Shown piece after piece: positions 1 through 9,972 of a stretch of 64,000 nt of DNA; position 1 is the stretch's first letter; each line of letters starts with the position of its first letter. Both the position numbers and the translations under genes were made by a program. Source of the DNA: Nitrospirota bacterium (GTDB lineage: Bacteria > Nitrospirota > UBA9217); the NCBI GenBank assembly GCA_963790205.1, contig CAWBNQ010000014.1, positions 128,001 through 192,000 on the forward strand, written 5' to 3'. The notes below the pieces were generated by a model, which did not search any database, had not been told where the DNA came from, and was given only the letters and a program-made list of their open reading frames with translations.

Positions 1-256
1 ATTTGTTTGCGCCCAAGCCATGACAAATAATAATAACCGGCGCTTTTGAAGCAGGATGCGCGGGTTTGACGAACCAGCCTTTTAACGTTATGCCGTCCTC
101 GCTCGAAAAAGATACTATTTCATAATCGGCCCGATAGGCGGATGGAGGGATATGGAGCGGATATTTCGGCGGATGGGTGTTGGCGTAAACAAGGATGAAG
201 GGAAGAATGACGATGATAAGGGCGAGACCGAGGATGATCTTCATGGCGATTTTCAT
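1..256 (-). CDS. Alpha/beta-fold hydrolase, N-terminal part (runs off window start)
   Basis: Manual translation MKIAMKIILGLALIIVILPFILVYANTHPP...VSFSSEDGITLKGWFVKP...PVIIICHGLGANK: TM anchor followed by the typical DGxxLxGW...HG motif. Confidence 0.8.
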   Translation of the reverse strand, partial: MKIAMKIILGLALIIVILPFILVYANTHPPKYPLHIPPSAYRADYEIVSFSSEDGITLKGWFVKPAHPASKAPVIIICHGLGANK

Positions 257-286
257 GAGTTACTATGGTTGATACGCTTGCCGTCA

Positions 287-430
287 CCCTCGCCCCTTTG
301 GGGAGAGGGCCGGGCCTGCACCCAGCGTTTACGAGCCTGTGGCCGGTGTTTAAGAGTGCGCTGCGCTAATACAGGCCATGCGAGCGTAGCCTGCTCTTGC
401 GAAGCGCGGCCATAAACGAGTGCAGAGTGC
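287..430. repeat. REP-like palindrome plus nested CCTG...CAGG miniature repeat (copy 1)
   Basis: CCCTCGCCCC-TTT-GGGGAGAGGG hairpin, then GGGCCTGCACCCAGCGTTTACGAG (identical at 48387-48410) and CCTGCTCTTGCGAAGCGCGGCCATAAACGAGTGCAG (inverted near-copy at 27072-27109). Confidence 0.85.
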
Positions 431-453
431 AATCTGCATTCCGCAATGCCTCA

Positions 454-1224
454 TCAATCCCATTCGAGGTGGAAGCTGTTCGTCTTCTTCATCCTTGTAG
501 CGAGCTTTTCCGCGGTCCGGGGTCCGTGCGCCAGGACATCGGGCGCGAATGCCTTTATTTGTTGTGCAAAGGCCCTCATGTTGCCGGGCGGCTTGATGAA
601 CCGCGCCTCGAGCCAGTCCGAACCCGCACCCGTGATCACAAAGGTCCCCCGCTGCTGTTGTTTCTTGAGCCAGGCGATGATCGCTTTGGTATCCAGCCGG
701 TAGTTCGGCGCCTCGGTCATCCGGATCTTCAGAATGTCGTAGGAATTGTTGCCCTTGACCACGGTAACGAGGTCGGGCAGGTCTCCGTAGCTTTTGTGGC
801 TCCTGAAGATCAGGTATCCTTTTACCCGAAGCCCCGCCCGGAAGGAAGCGATGAGTTCCTCGGCATTTTTTGTGCGCACGCTGAAGCCGGCAAGCTTCTC
901 TTTTTCAAATCCCTTTTCACCCTTCAGGTTCTCGGAGGGAACGACCACGGACACGAAGAAAGGCTCCGCTTCCGAGCCCGCGGCGCTTTCAACCTTCGCG
1001 ACCAGGTCGGCAGGGAAACCGAGTTCCTTGCGCTGCTCCGGCGTGAGTACCTCGCGCCTGGGCCTTACGATCTTCGGCAGCTCTGTTTTCCTGGGAGGCT
1101 CAATGGGCTTCTCGGCCGAACACGCGGCAGTGAGTGAAATGAAAATAATGCCCAAAACAAGATATCTACCAGCCGTAGCGGACATCAAAATGCCTGAACT
1201 CTCCTTTATAAGGCTCCCATCCAA
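454..1224 (-). CDS. DUF4253-domain putative lipoprotein (true start probably near 1185)
   Basis: Hydrophobic signal ending LTAAC; C-terminal ITGAGSDWLE...FAPDV...LEWD typical of DUF4253. Confidence 0.7.
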   Translation of the reverse strand: MDGSLIKESSGILMSATAGRYLVLGIIFISLTAACSAEKPIEPPRKTELPKIVRPRREVLTPEQRKELGFPADLVAKVESAAGSEAEPFFVSVVVPSENLKGEKGFEKEKLAGFSVRTKNAEELIASFRAGLRVKGYLIFRSHKSYGDLPDLVTVVKGNNSYDILKIRMTEAPNYRLDTKAIIAWLKKQQQRGTFVITGAGSDWLEARFIKPPGNMRAFAQQIKAFAPDVLAHGPRTAEKLATRMKKTNSFHLEWD

Positions 1225-1465
1225 GGTCCACCTTCGTTACGCGCGCGCCCGGCGGGCCTTTGTAGCACCAGGCCACGAGCTCCTCGACCTTTTTCTTTTC
1301 GCCTTCGAACAACGCCTCGACGCCGCCGTCCGGAAGGTTCCTGACCCAGCCTCCCACGCCGAGTTGTAACGCCTTTTCCCTCGTGCTGGCACGGAAGAAG
1401 ACGCCCTGGACCTGACCCTGGATAATGACGTGAGCGCGAAGATTTTCTGATTTGCGGTCCTTCAC
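1166..1465 (-). CDS. acyP: Acylphosphatase
   Basis: GQVQGVFFR and GWVRNLPDG signatures, KGPP near C-terminus. Confidence 0.95.
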   Translation of the reverse strand: MKDRKSENLRAHVIIQGQVQGVFFRASTREKALQLGVGGWVRNLPDGGVEALFEGEKKKVEELVAWCYKGPPGARVTKVDLGWEPYKGEFRHFDVRYGW

Positions 1466-1667
1466 GCGTTACACCCTCGTTGAAGAAGGCCTTAGTACTA
1501 AGGAATTAAATTCTTCTCAAAACGGAAAAAATTTTCTCCAAAGCTTGCTAAGCTCGCAAAGAAAGACCATACCTTTTAGTTTTTAAAACCAGGAGTTAAT
1601 GATTTCCTTTGCGTCCTTTGCGAGAGACGCCTTTTGGTTTTATCTTTTTATCTTTGGTTCCAGTCTT

Positions 1668-3104
1668 TCAGCGCCTTGGCCCTCTGTTGCTCGCCCCTTG
1701 CCCGCGGCCCTTGGACCCCGGCCTCGCTCCCCGTGCCGGTCCTTTGCTTCCCGTGTACGTACTTTTGTTCGGCCGCGGTCCGGAGCTCGGCCTTCGGCCC
1801 TCATTGCTCATCCCACGAGTCGGCCCCTTGCTTCCCGCGTACGTACTTTTGTTCGGCCGCGGTCCGGAGCTCGGCCTTCGGCCCTCAAAGCTCGTTCCCC
1901 TTTCGGGCCCCCTGCCGCTGAATCCCTGGCCGGGCCTGCTTCTGTTTTCTGATTTCCACGTGCCGGCTCCGGTTGGTCGGCCTGTTGCCGGTCTTGTCGA
2001 TGCTCCGTAGGTCCTGACAGTTCGAGGACCGGGGCCGGCTGTACGCGCCCGGCGTTCCTCAGGCCTTGGCTTGCGTCCTGTCCAGGTGCTTCGGCTTCCC
2101 TCGAAAGCCGGTTTCCTGTTCTCCGGCCTGCGACCAGGGCTTTCCCGCGTGGTTGAAACTTCTCTGTGGTCGCTTCGGCCTGCTTCGCTCTGTCTCGGCC
2201 GCACACCCTGGCCCGGCCTTGCGCGCTGGTTCTTTCTCAAACCTTCCCGCGTATCCTGCATGACCCTTGCCCCTGGGCGTCCGACCCGTCCTGCGGCCGC
2301 CGGTCTTCGCCTCACGTCTTCTTCTGTTTTCGCTGCTTTGATCACCGGCTTATACACCCTGACCTGCTGACCGCTGTCATCGGTCTTCATCGCCGTTTCA
2401 CGCAGCGCATTCACTTCGTCAAGCGTCAGATGCCGGAATTTTCCCTCAGGGAGATCGCCGAGCGAGAGCGAGCCGGTCTTGATCCTTTTAAGCTTGATCA
2501 CCGAACGCCCCACGTGGTCGAACATGCGGCGTACCTGGCGCTTCCGTCCCTCGTGGATCGTGATCTCGACCCAGGAGTTGGCTTCTTCCTTCCGGATCTT
2601 TTTAATCCTCGCGGGCGCTGTCTTGCCGTCCTGGAGGAACACGCCCTTTTCGAGCATGTCGATCATGCCGTCTTCGAGCACTCCTTTGACCTTTGCCAAA
2701 TAGGTCTTCGGAAACTCATGCTTCGGGTGCGTGATCAGGTGCGCAAAGTCTCCGTCATTCGTCAGGAGCAGCAGCCCCTCGGTGTTATAGTCCAGCCGCC
2801 CTACGGGGTACACGCGGGTCTTGACGCCTTTCAAAAGATGCTCCACTGTGGGCCGCCCCTCGGGGTCGGACATGGTCGTGACGAACCCGGCCGGCTTGTT
2901 CAGCATGATATACGTCGGCGGCTGCTGGGGATTGATGAGTTTGCCGTCGACCTTGATGTGGTCCTTGGAGGCATCGGCCTTGGTCCCGAGCTCGGTCACC
3001 ACCTTGCCGTTCACGCGCACGCGCCCCTCGGTGATGAGCTCTTCCGCGGCGCGGCGCGAGGTCACTCCAGCGGCTGATATGATTTTCTGTATACGTTCTA
3101 ACAT
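1668..3104 (-). CDS. rluB: 23S rRNA pseudouridine synthase (RluB family) with long Arg/Gly/Pro-rich C-terminal tail
   Basis: S4 domain ERIQKIISAAGVTSRRAAE; catalytic VGRLDYNTEGLLLLTNDG; HEGRKRQVRRM. Confidence 0.92.
   Translation of the reverse strand: MLERIQKIISAAGVTSRRAAEELITEGRVRVNGKVVTELGTKADASKDHIKVDGKLINPQQPPTYIMLNKPAGFVTTMSDPEGRPTVEHLLKGVKTRVYPVGRLDYNTEGLLLLTNDGDFAHLITHPKHEFPKTYLAKVKGVLEDGMIDMLEKGVFLQDGKTAPARIKKIRKEEANSWVEITIHEGRKRQVRRMFDHVGRSVIKLKRIKTGSLSLGDLPEGKFRHLTLDEVNALRETAMKTDDSGQQVRVYKPVIKAAKTEEDVRRRPAAAGRVGRPGARVMQDTREGLRKNQRARPGQGVRPRQSEAGRSDHREVSTTRESPGRRPENRKPAFEGSRSTWTGRKPRPEERRARTAGPGPRTVRTYGASTRPATGRPTGAGTWKSENRSRPGQGFSGRGPERGTSFEGRRPSSGPRPNKSTYAGSKGPTRGMSNEGRRPSSGPRPNKSTYTGSKGPARGARPGSKGRGQGASNRGPRR
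1744..1887. repeat. Direct repeat with 84-bp period (28 aa) in the RluB tail
   Basis: TTGCTTCCCGYGTACGTACTTTTGTTCGGCCGCGGTCCGGAGCTCGGCCTTCGGCCCTCA at 1744-1803 and 1828-1887. Confidence 0.9.
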
Positions 3105-3168
3105 GTGTTCCTTTCGCGGATCAAACCATAATTTTTCTCATTATACAAGTAATGAGGGGTAAAAGCAA

Positions 3169-3708
3169 TTACGGCAGGATCCGGGCAAGAAATAGTTCCC
3201 GCGTACCGGCGTCGTGCAGTCCTTCCTCATCTTCAACAGGGAGCGAGGGGAAACTTCTCATCACCGCCTCTGCAAACAGCCCTGTCGAGCGGCCCACGGA
3301 TGTTCCCGAGGTCGAGAAAAGTTCGGCTCCGCGCACGCCGCAGCTCGGGGACCGGGCCTTGAACACGAACCCGCGGAGACCGGATTGTTCCATCTCCCGC
3401 ACCTTGATTCCGATCCAGCGCGTAAGCTCATCGGTCCGGTCTATTCTCGTTTCGATGGTGATCAGGCGCGGCTTTACGGCATCGCCAACCAGTTGCATCG
3501 GTTCCCTCGGCACCGGCATGCCGGATTCGACCTCGGGACAGATCGGCACCCATTCGACGCTGCGGCCGAAGGTGTCAAGAATATATTCATCAAGTTTGTT
3601 CCCGCCGTCATACCGGACGTTATTGCCGAGAAGACAGGAGCTGATGCCAATCTTGATTTTTTTTGACACGGTTCTCTGCCTTTCAACGGAACATACAGCG
3701 CCGGGCAA
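3169..3708 (-). CDS. DUF523 (YbbK / 2-thiouracil desulfurase-like) Fe-S protein
   Basis: GISSCLLGNNVRYDG, PICPEVESG, KARSPSCG motifs. Confidence 0.88.
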   Translation of the reverse strand: MPGAVCSVERQRTVSKKIKIGISSCLLGNNVRYDGGNKLDEYILDTFGRSVEWVPICPEVESGMPVPREPMQLVGDAVKPRLITIETRIDRTDELTRWIGIKVREMEQSGLRGFVFKARSPSCGVRGAELFSTSGTSVGRSTGLFAEAVMRSFPSLPVEDEEGLHDAGTRELFLARILP

Positions 3709-3714
3709 GCGGCC

Positions 3715-4917
3715 TCAGCACACGGGATACCTTCCCTCGCTCAATTCCCTGCAGAACCTTCCGATGGCCGAGAATTCATGCGCAATGATCTCCTCGGCCT
3801 GTTGGGCAACGTCCCGTATCTTCAGCCCGCGCTGGAGCGCGATCTGCGCCGCGGCCATCTGCGGCCGGTCGATCGGCGCGCCGATCCTGCTCACGAGATA
3901 GACGTATACTTCGCGCGCGCCGTCGATCCTGCTGTAGAGCTTCTCCGCGATCCGGTGCGAGAGCACGTTGTAGATCTTTCCGACATGGCTTACGGGATTT
4001 TTCCCGGCAGCCGCCTCGGTGCCCAGGGGCCGGTTCACCGGGATCAGCCCGTTCACGCGGTTGCCGCGGCCCACCTGCCCCGAATCCGCGTCCTCGGCCG
4101 AGGTGCCGAGGAGGCTCAGGTACACACCACCCAGCCCCCTGCCGGCCTCATCGAGCGTATTGAAATGAATGCGGACATTCCTGAATCCCGGGAACCGCCC
4201 GACGACTTTCTGCATCTCCCGGTGGAGGACGTCTTTCCGCTCAAAATACTCTTGCTCGGACCTGACGTACTTGCAGATGAGCGGCATGGCAACCGTGAGG
4301 TCGAGGTCCGTTCCCGTGCGCACGCCCATGACCTTGATGTCCTCTCCGGTCTCGGGGTGCTTCTTCTTGAACGGCGCGGCGTTCAGGCGACGTTCCAGCT
4401 CGAGGACCATGCGCTCGGTGGGGCTCAGCGGGAAATACCCCACTGCAGCGGAAGTATCGTTCGCGCTCTTGACAACGCCGGGGCGGGAAAAAATGTCCGT
4501 CAGTTCCTCGGACCCGGGCGCAAGCACGACCCGGTATTTCACGTGCTTCTCCGGGTCGATGAAGCGCATGTTCTTTTTGAGCCAGTTCTTCGCCGCGTCC
4601 ACGGCAATGTCCGCCACCGGGACCTTTTTCCCGCCGACCGTGAAAGTGGCCCGGTCGCCGATGATCAGCTCCATGGGCTTCCGGACCTTCCCCCCGCCGA
4701 AGCGTTTCTCCGTGCTCCCCGCGGCAAGCATCCCCTTGTCAGTATTGTGGTGGAGGATCGTCCCGAATTCCCTGAGGTATTCACGGCACAGCGCCAGGGA
4801 AACAGCTTCCATCATGGAATCGCAGAGAGAATCAGGGTGCCCGATCCCCTTTCGCTCGACGATCTCGACCCGCTGGTCAATGACCGATTTCCCCTTGAAA
4901 GGTTCGATAACGATCAT
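3715..4917 (-). CDS. mat: Archaeal-type S-adenosylmethionine synthetase
   Basis: EIVERKGIGHPDSLCD, HHNTDK, ANDTS, GEDIKVM, DSGQVGRGNRVNG, GKNPVSHVGKIYN. Confidence 0.93.
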   Translation of the reverse strand: MIVIEPFKGKSVIDQRVEIVERKGIGHPDSLCDSMMEAVSLALCREYLREFGTILHHNTDKGMLAAGSTEKRFGGGKVRKPMELIIGDRATFTVGGKKVPVADIAVDAAKNWLKKNMRFIDPEKHVKYRVVLAPGSEELTDIFSRPGVVKSANDTSAAVGYFPLSPTERMVLELERRLNAAPFKKKHPETGEDIKVMGVRTGTDLDLTVAMPLICKYVRSEQEYFERKDVLHREMQKVVGRFPGFRNVRIHFNTLDEAGRGLGGVYLSLLGTSAEDADSGQVGRGNRVNGLIPVNRPLGTEAAAGKNPVSHVGKIYNVLSHRIAEKLYSRIDGAREVYVYLVSRIGAPIDRPQMAAAQIALQRGLKIRDVAQQAEEIIAHEFSAIGRFCRELSEGRYPVC

Positions 4918-4967
4918 AGGTGAAGTTTAGCATAAACCGGCAGGATGATTTTGACGCCATGACGAGA

Positions 4968-5312
4968 TCAACAGGTTATATGAAGGGCCGCGATGACGCG
5001 CTCTTTCTTCCCCTGCAAAGCGTTGTATAGCTCAACCGCTTTTGTCGTCCTTTCGACTCTGGCCTCGATCCCCTGAGATGCAATATATGCCAGGACTTCC
5101 TTCGGCACCGCCATGACGCCGTCGTATCCTGTTCCTATAATGAGGCTGTCCGGGTGCTCTTTCAGGGCGTCAGCGATGTCTTCAGAGTGAAGACGGTGTC
5201 CTTCTTTCCGCCGCCACGATGCATCCACGCGGTCGCTGTAGATGATGACATCCGACGTGTATGCGCGCCCCTCGATCACAATGCGTCCGAATGAGTAGGA
5301 ATCGATCTTCAT
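4968..5312 (-). CDS. Mth938-like (DUF498) protein
   Basis: MKIDSYSFGRI, LIIGTG, terminal ALHITC. Confidence 0.88.
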   Translation of the reverse strand: MKIDSYSFGRIVIEGRAYTSDVIIYSDRVDASWRRKEGHRLHSEDIADALKEHPDSLIIGTGYDGVMAVPKEVLAYIASQGIEARVERTTKAVELYNALQGKKERVIAALHITC

Positions 5313-5404
5313 ACTGTCCCCGCCGGCATAGCCGGCATTCCCGGCTTCAGCCTGACAACGATTATACTTCAATTATATATGCCGAAATGAAAATGGTCGG
5401 CGGT

Positions 5405-6229
5405 TCATCCGTTCGTCTCTTTCAGATAAACCCCGGGGATTCCCGGCCAGGTCAAGAACCCGGCGGCACCGGAAGGCAGCCGCTCATGGCTTCCCACAAC
5501 CAGGACACCGCGGGCATTGAGCTTGTCTCGCAAGCGTGCGAGTACTTCGTGCTGCAGTTCTTCATCAAAGTAAGTAAATGCCAGGTTCCTGCAGAGAATG
5601 AGGTGAAACATCTCCTCCGGGCCGGCCCTCCGGATGTCCTGCACGAGAAAGGAAACAGATCCGCGTTCTTCTTCCTTTATGCAATAGAGCTCTCTCCGCC
5701 GGACGAATGCCCGGGCCGTCCACTCCAACGGAAGGCCAGCGAGACTGCTTGAAGCGTAACAGCCCTCCCGTGCGCGTTCGATCATGTTTTCATCCGCGTC
5801 GGTTGCCAATATCCTGACCTTGAGGGACGGGAAGCGACGGCCTGTGCCCTGGCCCCACAGGACCGCAAGCGTGTAGGGCTCTTCTCCGGAGGCGCAGCCG
5901 ATGCTCCAGCACCGGAGCTCGTTGTTGCCCCGCGCGATCGCGTCCTCGGACAATTTCACGAGGACGACCTGTTCGAGAGACCGGAATACTTCCCGGTCGC
6001 GATAAAAGCGAGAGATCGTGACGCGGCAGAGGGAGTCGAGCACTGCCCTTTCATCAGCGCTGTTTTCGAGGAACGAGCAATAAGCCGCGATGTCCGGCAG
6101 CCCGAGTTCGCGCAAACGACGGTCGATGCGCTTGCAGACCTGTCCGCGGACCTTCCGGAACCCATCCCATCGCATGCGGAGCCGGGGGAGCGTGCTTTGG
6201 AGGAATTCGATACAATCGTGGTCCTTCAT
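5405..6229 (-). CDS. cheR: CheR-family protein-glutamate O-methyltransferase (orphan)
   Basis: TISRFYRD, WSIGCASGEEPYT, ILATD, LILCRNLAFTYF. Confidence 0.88.
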   Translation of the reverse strand: MKDHDCIEFLQSTLPRLRMRWDGFRKVRGQVCKRIDRRLRELGLPDIAAYCSFLENSADERAVLDSLCRVTISRFYRDREVFRSLEQVVLVKLSEDAIARGNNELRCWSIGCASGEEPYTLAVLWGQGTGRRFPSLKVRILATDADENMIERAREGCYASSSLAGLPLEWTARAFVRRRELYCIKEEERGSVSFLVQDIRRAGPEEMFHLILCRNLAFTYFDEELQHEVLARLRDKLNARGVLVVGSHERLPSGAAGFLTWPGIPGVYLKETNG

Positions 6230-6274
6230 AATGAGACCATCCCCGGAAGAGCACGCGTCTGCTTTGTCGACTGT

Positions 6275-7165
6275 TTACACGTCGAGCCAGAGCCCCAGGC
6301 TGATGTAGCTCTCGGTATACTGGAAAAACTCCCCGATCGGCGGACGGCCACGATACCATTCGATGCCGACTCGCCAGGTCCGGCCGCCCGAGCGGGCCAC
6401 GAGGCCCATTTGGAGCGCCGTATCAATGCGCCAGTCTCTCTCCTCCATGGCGGACGCGTCCACTGCGCCGTACCATCCTTTGCAGTGTTCACGAGGGCCC
6501 GGGCAGGATTCATACTCCAGACCCGCCTCGCCCCTGCCGGGCTTCATGAGCTCATGGTTCCCAAGCTGGTAGCCCCAGCCCCCCTCGGCATAGGTCCTCC
6601 AGTGGTCACCCAGGGGAACGCTGACGCCGGCGGAAAGTTCATGCCGTGTGTACCCGATCCGCGCGCGTCCGGTCCTCTCCAGGTATTCATCGCCCACGTG
6701 GCTCGAGTCGTGGAGCGCGCCGAACTTGAACGCGGTCCCGCTGGAGCGGCCTGTCGTAATGAGCAGCCCATACCGCCCGTCCCACCCGATGTTATCGAGC
6801 GAATGGTCCGCGTCGAACTGTGCGTTGAACCCTCCCAAAAGGTCCACCTGCCATGCCCGGTCACTCGTACCGGACGGGTCGACACGTACGATGCCGAACT
6901 GTCCTCCCGCACGAAGAGCAACGCGGCTGCCGCCCGAATCGGGGATCGCGGTGTCCGTAAAGCTGAGCCACTGAACGCCGAACCCGACGCGCTGGGGGTC
7001 GGCAAGGGAGGGGGGATAGAGGTTTCCGGGGGGAAGAAAGATGACGCTGCCCCCAGGGGCCTCATCGGAAGAATAGGCGGGTGCCGCAAAAAACAGCAGC
7101 ATGCTGATCAGCGAAAGGTGCCGGAGCCGTCGCATGAAGCTGATCAAGAAGGCACGTTGAAGCAT
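6275..7165 (-). CDS. DUF1207-like outer-membrane beta-barrel protein
   Basis: Signal peptide; LYPPSLADP; HDSSHVGDEY; alternating beta strands ending ISLGLWLDV. Confidence 0.75.
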   Translation of the reverse strand: MLQRAFLISFMRRLRHLSLISMLLFFAAPAYSSDEAPGGSVIFLPPGNLYPPSLADPQRVGFGVQWLSFTDTAIPDSGGSRVALRAGGQFGIVRVDPSGTSDRAWQVDLLGGFNAQFDADHSLDNIGWDGRYGLLITTGRSSGTAFKFGALHDSSHVGDEYLERTGRARIGYTRHELSAGVSVPLGDHWRTYAEGGWGYQLGNHELMKPGRGEAGLEYESCPGPREHCKGWYGAVDASAMEERDWRIDTALQMGLVARSGGRTWRVGIEWYRGRPPIGEFFQYTESYISLGLWLDV

Positions 7166-7450
7166 GAGGCTTCTCCAGTACGAACTGCCCGGTTGCCCGG
7201 TCCGGGAAGGGGCCCCTGCGAACAAAAGACGCTCCTTCGCGCTCAAAAACGTCAACAACAATCAGGAAGATATCTTATGCATCTCGAGTCCTGCAACGGT
7301 TTGGAGGAAAGCGACTTTATTTAAGAATACTATATTTATGGACAAATTTTGAGAACGGATGCTAAAAAAGTTTTTCGGATGCAGCGAAAAGGTCTTTACT
7401 ATCGCAATCCATTATGGTCTCATCGTTGCCTCTTATGATAGAATCATCAC

Positions 7451-8210
7451 ATGGAGCGATACGGAACCGACAACCGCGTCATCCTGGGGCTCATCTTCAC
7501 CACCTCGCTCACGAGCCTTTCCTACGAGATCGCCCTCCTGCGGGTCTTTTCCATCTCCCTCCGGTATCATTTCGCGTTCATGGTCATCAGCATCGCCATG
7601 CTTGGCATCGGCGCCAGCGGGACCGCTCTCTCGCTCTTTTCCGGCCTGAAGGACCTGCGCAGGGTCTATGCGGCGGACCTTTTGGGTGCGGGCTTCGGAG
7701 CGCTGGCCATGGTCTGGCTTCTCTTCCTCGGCGGACCCGAGACAAGCGTGTTCCTCATCTCAGCGCTCCTGGCAACAGGACTTCTTTACCGGCCCACTGC
7801 CTGGAAGGCCCGGTCGATCTCACTGCTCTTAATTGCCGTGGACCTGGTCGTCTTTTTCCTCCATCCCGCTTTCATCCAGCCCATGATATCGCCTTATAAA
7901 CCCTTTGCCCTCGTCATGCAGTTTCCCGGCGCGGAGCGCCTCGGCTCGGCGTACAGCCCCTACGCGCGTGTGGACCTTTTAAGAGCCCTGTCGTAAGGTT
8001 CGCGCCGGGTCTGAGCTTTACCTATCTCGAACCGCTGCCGGAGCAGACGGGCATTGCCGTCGATGCAGGCGACATCTACGCCATAACCGACGAGGCGGAC
8101 AAAGGCAGGCTCGCCTTCATCCGCTCCCTGCCCTCCAGCCTGCCTTATCTGTTGGGCAAAAATGAGGACATGCTTATCATCGAGCCGAAAGCCGGACTCG
8201 CCTTGCTCAC
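7451..8210 (+). pseudogene. Remnant of a spermidine-synthase-like membrane protein (internal deletion, frameshift near 7985, 3' truncation)
   Basis: YEIALLRVFS...HFAFMVISIAMLGIGASG jumps directly to VYAADLLGAG; continues in another frame as RFAPGLSF...TGIAVDAGD...SLPYLL, then abuts the pcm remnant. Confidence 0.75.
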
Positions 8211-8517
8211 GGCCATGAGCGCGACCACGTAGGGCTGCGAGATGGTCTGGCCTTCCCCGATCGGCAGGGGATGGTCTTCATATACCCGGTCCCGGTATGC
8301 TGCATCCACGAACAAATGCCTCGGCACCTTGCCCATCACATTGAGGAGCACAGGGTCCTTCAATTCCCTCACCCTGATGTCCAGCTCGACCATCTGTTTT
8401 CCTTTTGAGATCATACTGGTCCCCGGCCGATGAAAGGGTCAGGGAAAGGAGGAGCGTAAGGGACAGAGCCGGAATCCGCAGGAACTTTTTCAGTGATATA
8501 ACCACGGGACATTTCAC
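8205..8517 (-). pseudogene. pcm: 5' fragment of protein-L-isoaspartate O-methyltransferase
   Basis: [11 protein letters not shown]...[23 protein letters not shown], then breaks off; signal-like N-terminus in another frame. Confidence 0.8.
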
Positions 8518-8648
8518 CTCCTTGATCCAATTATGACATATTGAGGCGAAGACATGGGGAAAAAGCCTTTGACACAGATTCTCCCGTGAAGAGCGCTGTA
8601 CGATTACCTGCTATAATTATGTTGTAGGCCTTGCGAAGAGGTGACATC

Positions 8649-9563
8649 ATGAAGATACTGCTCGCCACGGACGGCTCCGAATACTCGGAAAGAGCGGCAC
8701 AATTCCTGACCCGGATGAATTGGTCCCCGGATGACTCCCTCACGGTTTTTCACGCCGTATACTCGGTCCCGTTTCAGCATGACGAGAAGTTTCATTACGA
8801 CACGCTCAAGGAGATCAAAAAAGTCATCGCGCCCAGGATTCTCGATTCGGCGCTGGCAATCCTGAAGCCCGTCGAGGCGAAACTCAGCGTGGAGATCGAA
8901 GAATTTTCCCCGGGCAGATGCACTCCCGATCAATGCATCGTGAGAGCTGCCGACTCATCGGGTAGCGACCTCATCGTCATGGGTGCGCGCGGGGTCAAGG
9001 GGATCGCCTCGGTCTTTCTCGGGAGTGTGACGAGGCTTGTCGCGATCAAGGCATCCGTACCGGTCCTTGTGGTAAAACCTGCGGCGCGTCCGAATCCCGA
9101 TGCCATGAAAATCCTTTTTGCGGTTGACGGTTCCGCCTCTTCCCAGACCGCCGGAGGGTTCCTTGCTTCCATTCCCCTCTCTGATGCGACCGAGGTAACG
9201 ATATTGCACGTCGTCTCGTCCGGTTTCTCCGATATCCCGGAACGATTTGTCCTGGAAATCGATGATCGTGTCAAGGAGGTTGTTGCGAAAACGAGAGAAC
9301 GGGAATTTGAAGGTTCCGAAAACATCCTGGAACAAAGCCGGGAATCCCTGGGCAAACGATTCCGGAACATATCCGTGCTCTCAAAGGTCGGAGATCCGTC
9401 AGCAGAGATACTCAATACCGCCGAGGCCATGGAGGCGGACATGATCGCTGTCGGCTGCAGGGGGTTAAGGGGAATGAAAGGAGTCATGGGAAGCGTGTCG
9501 AGAAATGTCCTTACCCATGCGAAATGTTCAGTCCTGATCGGAAAAACATGCCAGGAGTCATAG
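8649..9563 (+). CDS. Tandem universal stress protein
   Basis: Two UspA domains: KILLATDGS...DLIVMGARG...LGSV and KILFAVDGS...GDP...VGCRG...MGSVS. Confidence 0.93.
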   Translation: MKILLATDGSEYSERAAQFLTRMNWSPDDSLTVFHAVYSVPFQHDEKFHYDTLKEIKKVIAPRILDSALAILKPVEAKLSVEIEEFSPGRCTPDQCIVRAADSSGSDLIVMGARGVKGIASVFLGSVTRLVAIKASVPVLVVKPAARPNPDAMKILFAVDGSASSQTAGGFLASIPLSDATEVTILHVVSSGFSDIPERFVLEIDDRVKEVVAKTREREFEGSENILEQSRESLGKRFRNISVLSKVGDPSAEILNTAEAMEADMIAVGCRGLRGMKGVMGSVSRNVLTHAKCSVLIGKTCQES

Positions 9564-9720
9564 TAAGGGAATCACCTGCGGGATGTCATTGAGAGGGACC
9601 GGGGATCACGGATAAGTGGATGCCCTTGCTTCTTCAGGCGATATCATGCTTTGAGAAGATCAAAAAAAACACGCACACCCCTCCCTCCGTGCATGACCTC
9701 GGGTAACTGGTTCCCGGTCC

Positions 9721-9972
9721 TTACGACTCGACTGAGCACATGTCATTGTCGCCGAACTGGCAATCATCGGGCAGCACGGCCTGTTCGCCATGTCCCTTGA
9801 TCGAGCTCTTGATCGCCTGGAACGCCCCCTGCTCCGCGTGAAGAATCTCAGAAGTGACCGGTTCCATCTCACGGGGCGCTTCACCCTCGTCCCTGAACGC
9901 CCTCACTTCATAGGCCTCGGTAAGCGTTTCCCGTGTCGGCACTTTTTCGGATATCTTTGCAAACAGTTTCAT
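9721..9972 (-). CDS. Small hypothetical protein, 83 aa
   Basis: Strong RBS AAAGGAGG upstream; acidic C-terminus with two Cys. Confidence 0.6.
   Translation of the reverse strand: MKLFAKISEKVPTRETLTEAYEVRAFRDEGEAPREMEPVTSEILHAEQGAFQAIKSSIKGHGEQAVLPDDCQFGDNDMCSVES

Noticed and set aside
1744..1887. CRISPR-like repeat
   Set aside because: Only two in-frame coding copies, and no cas genes in the window
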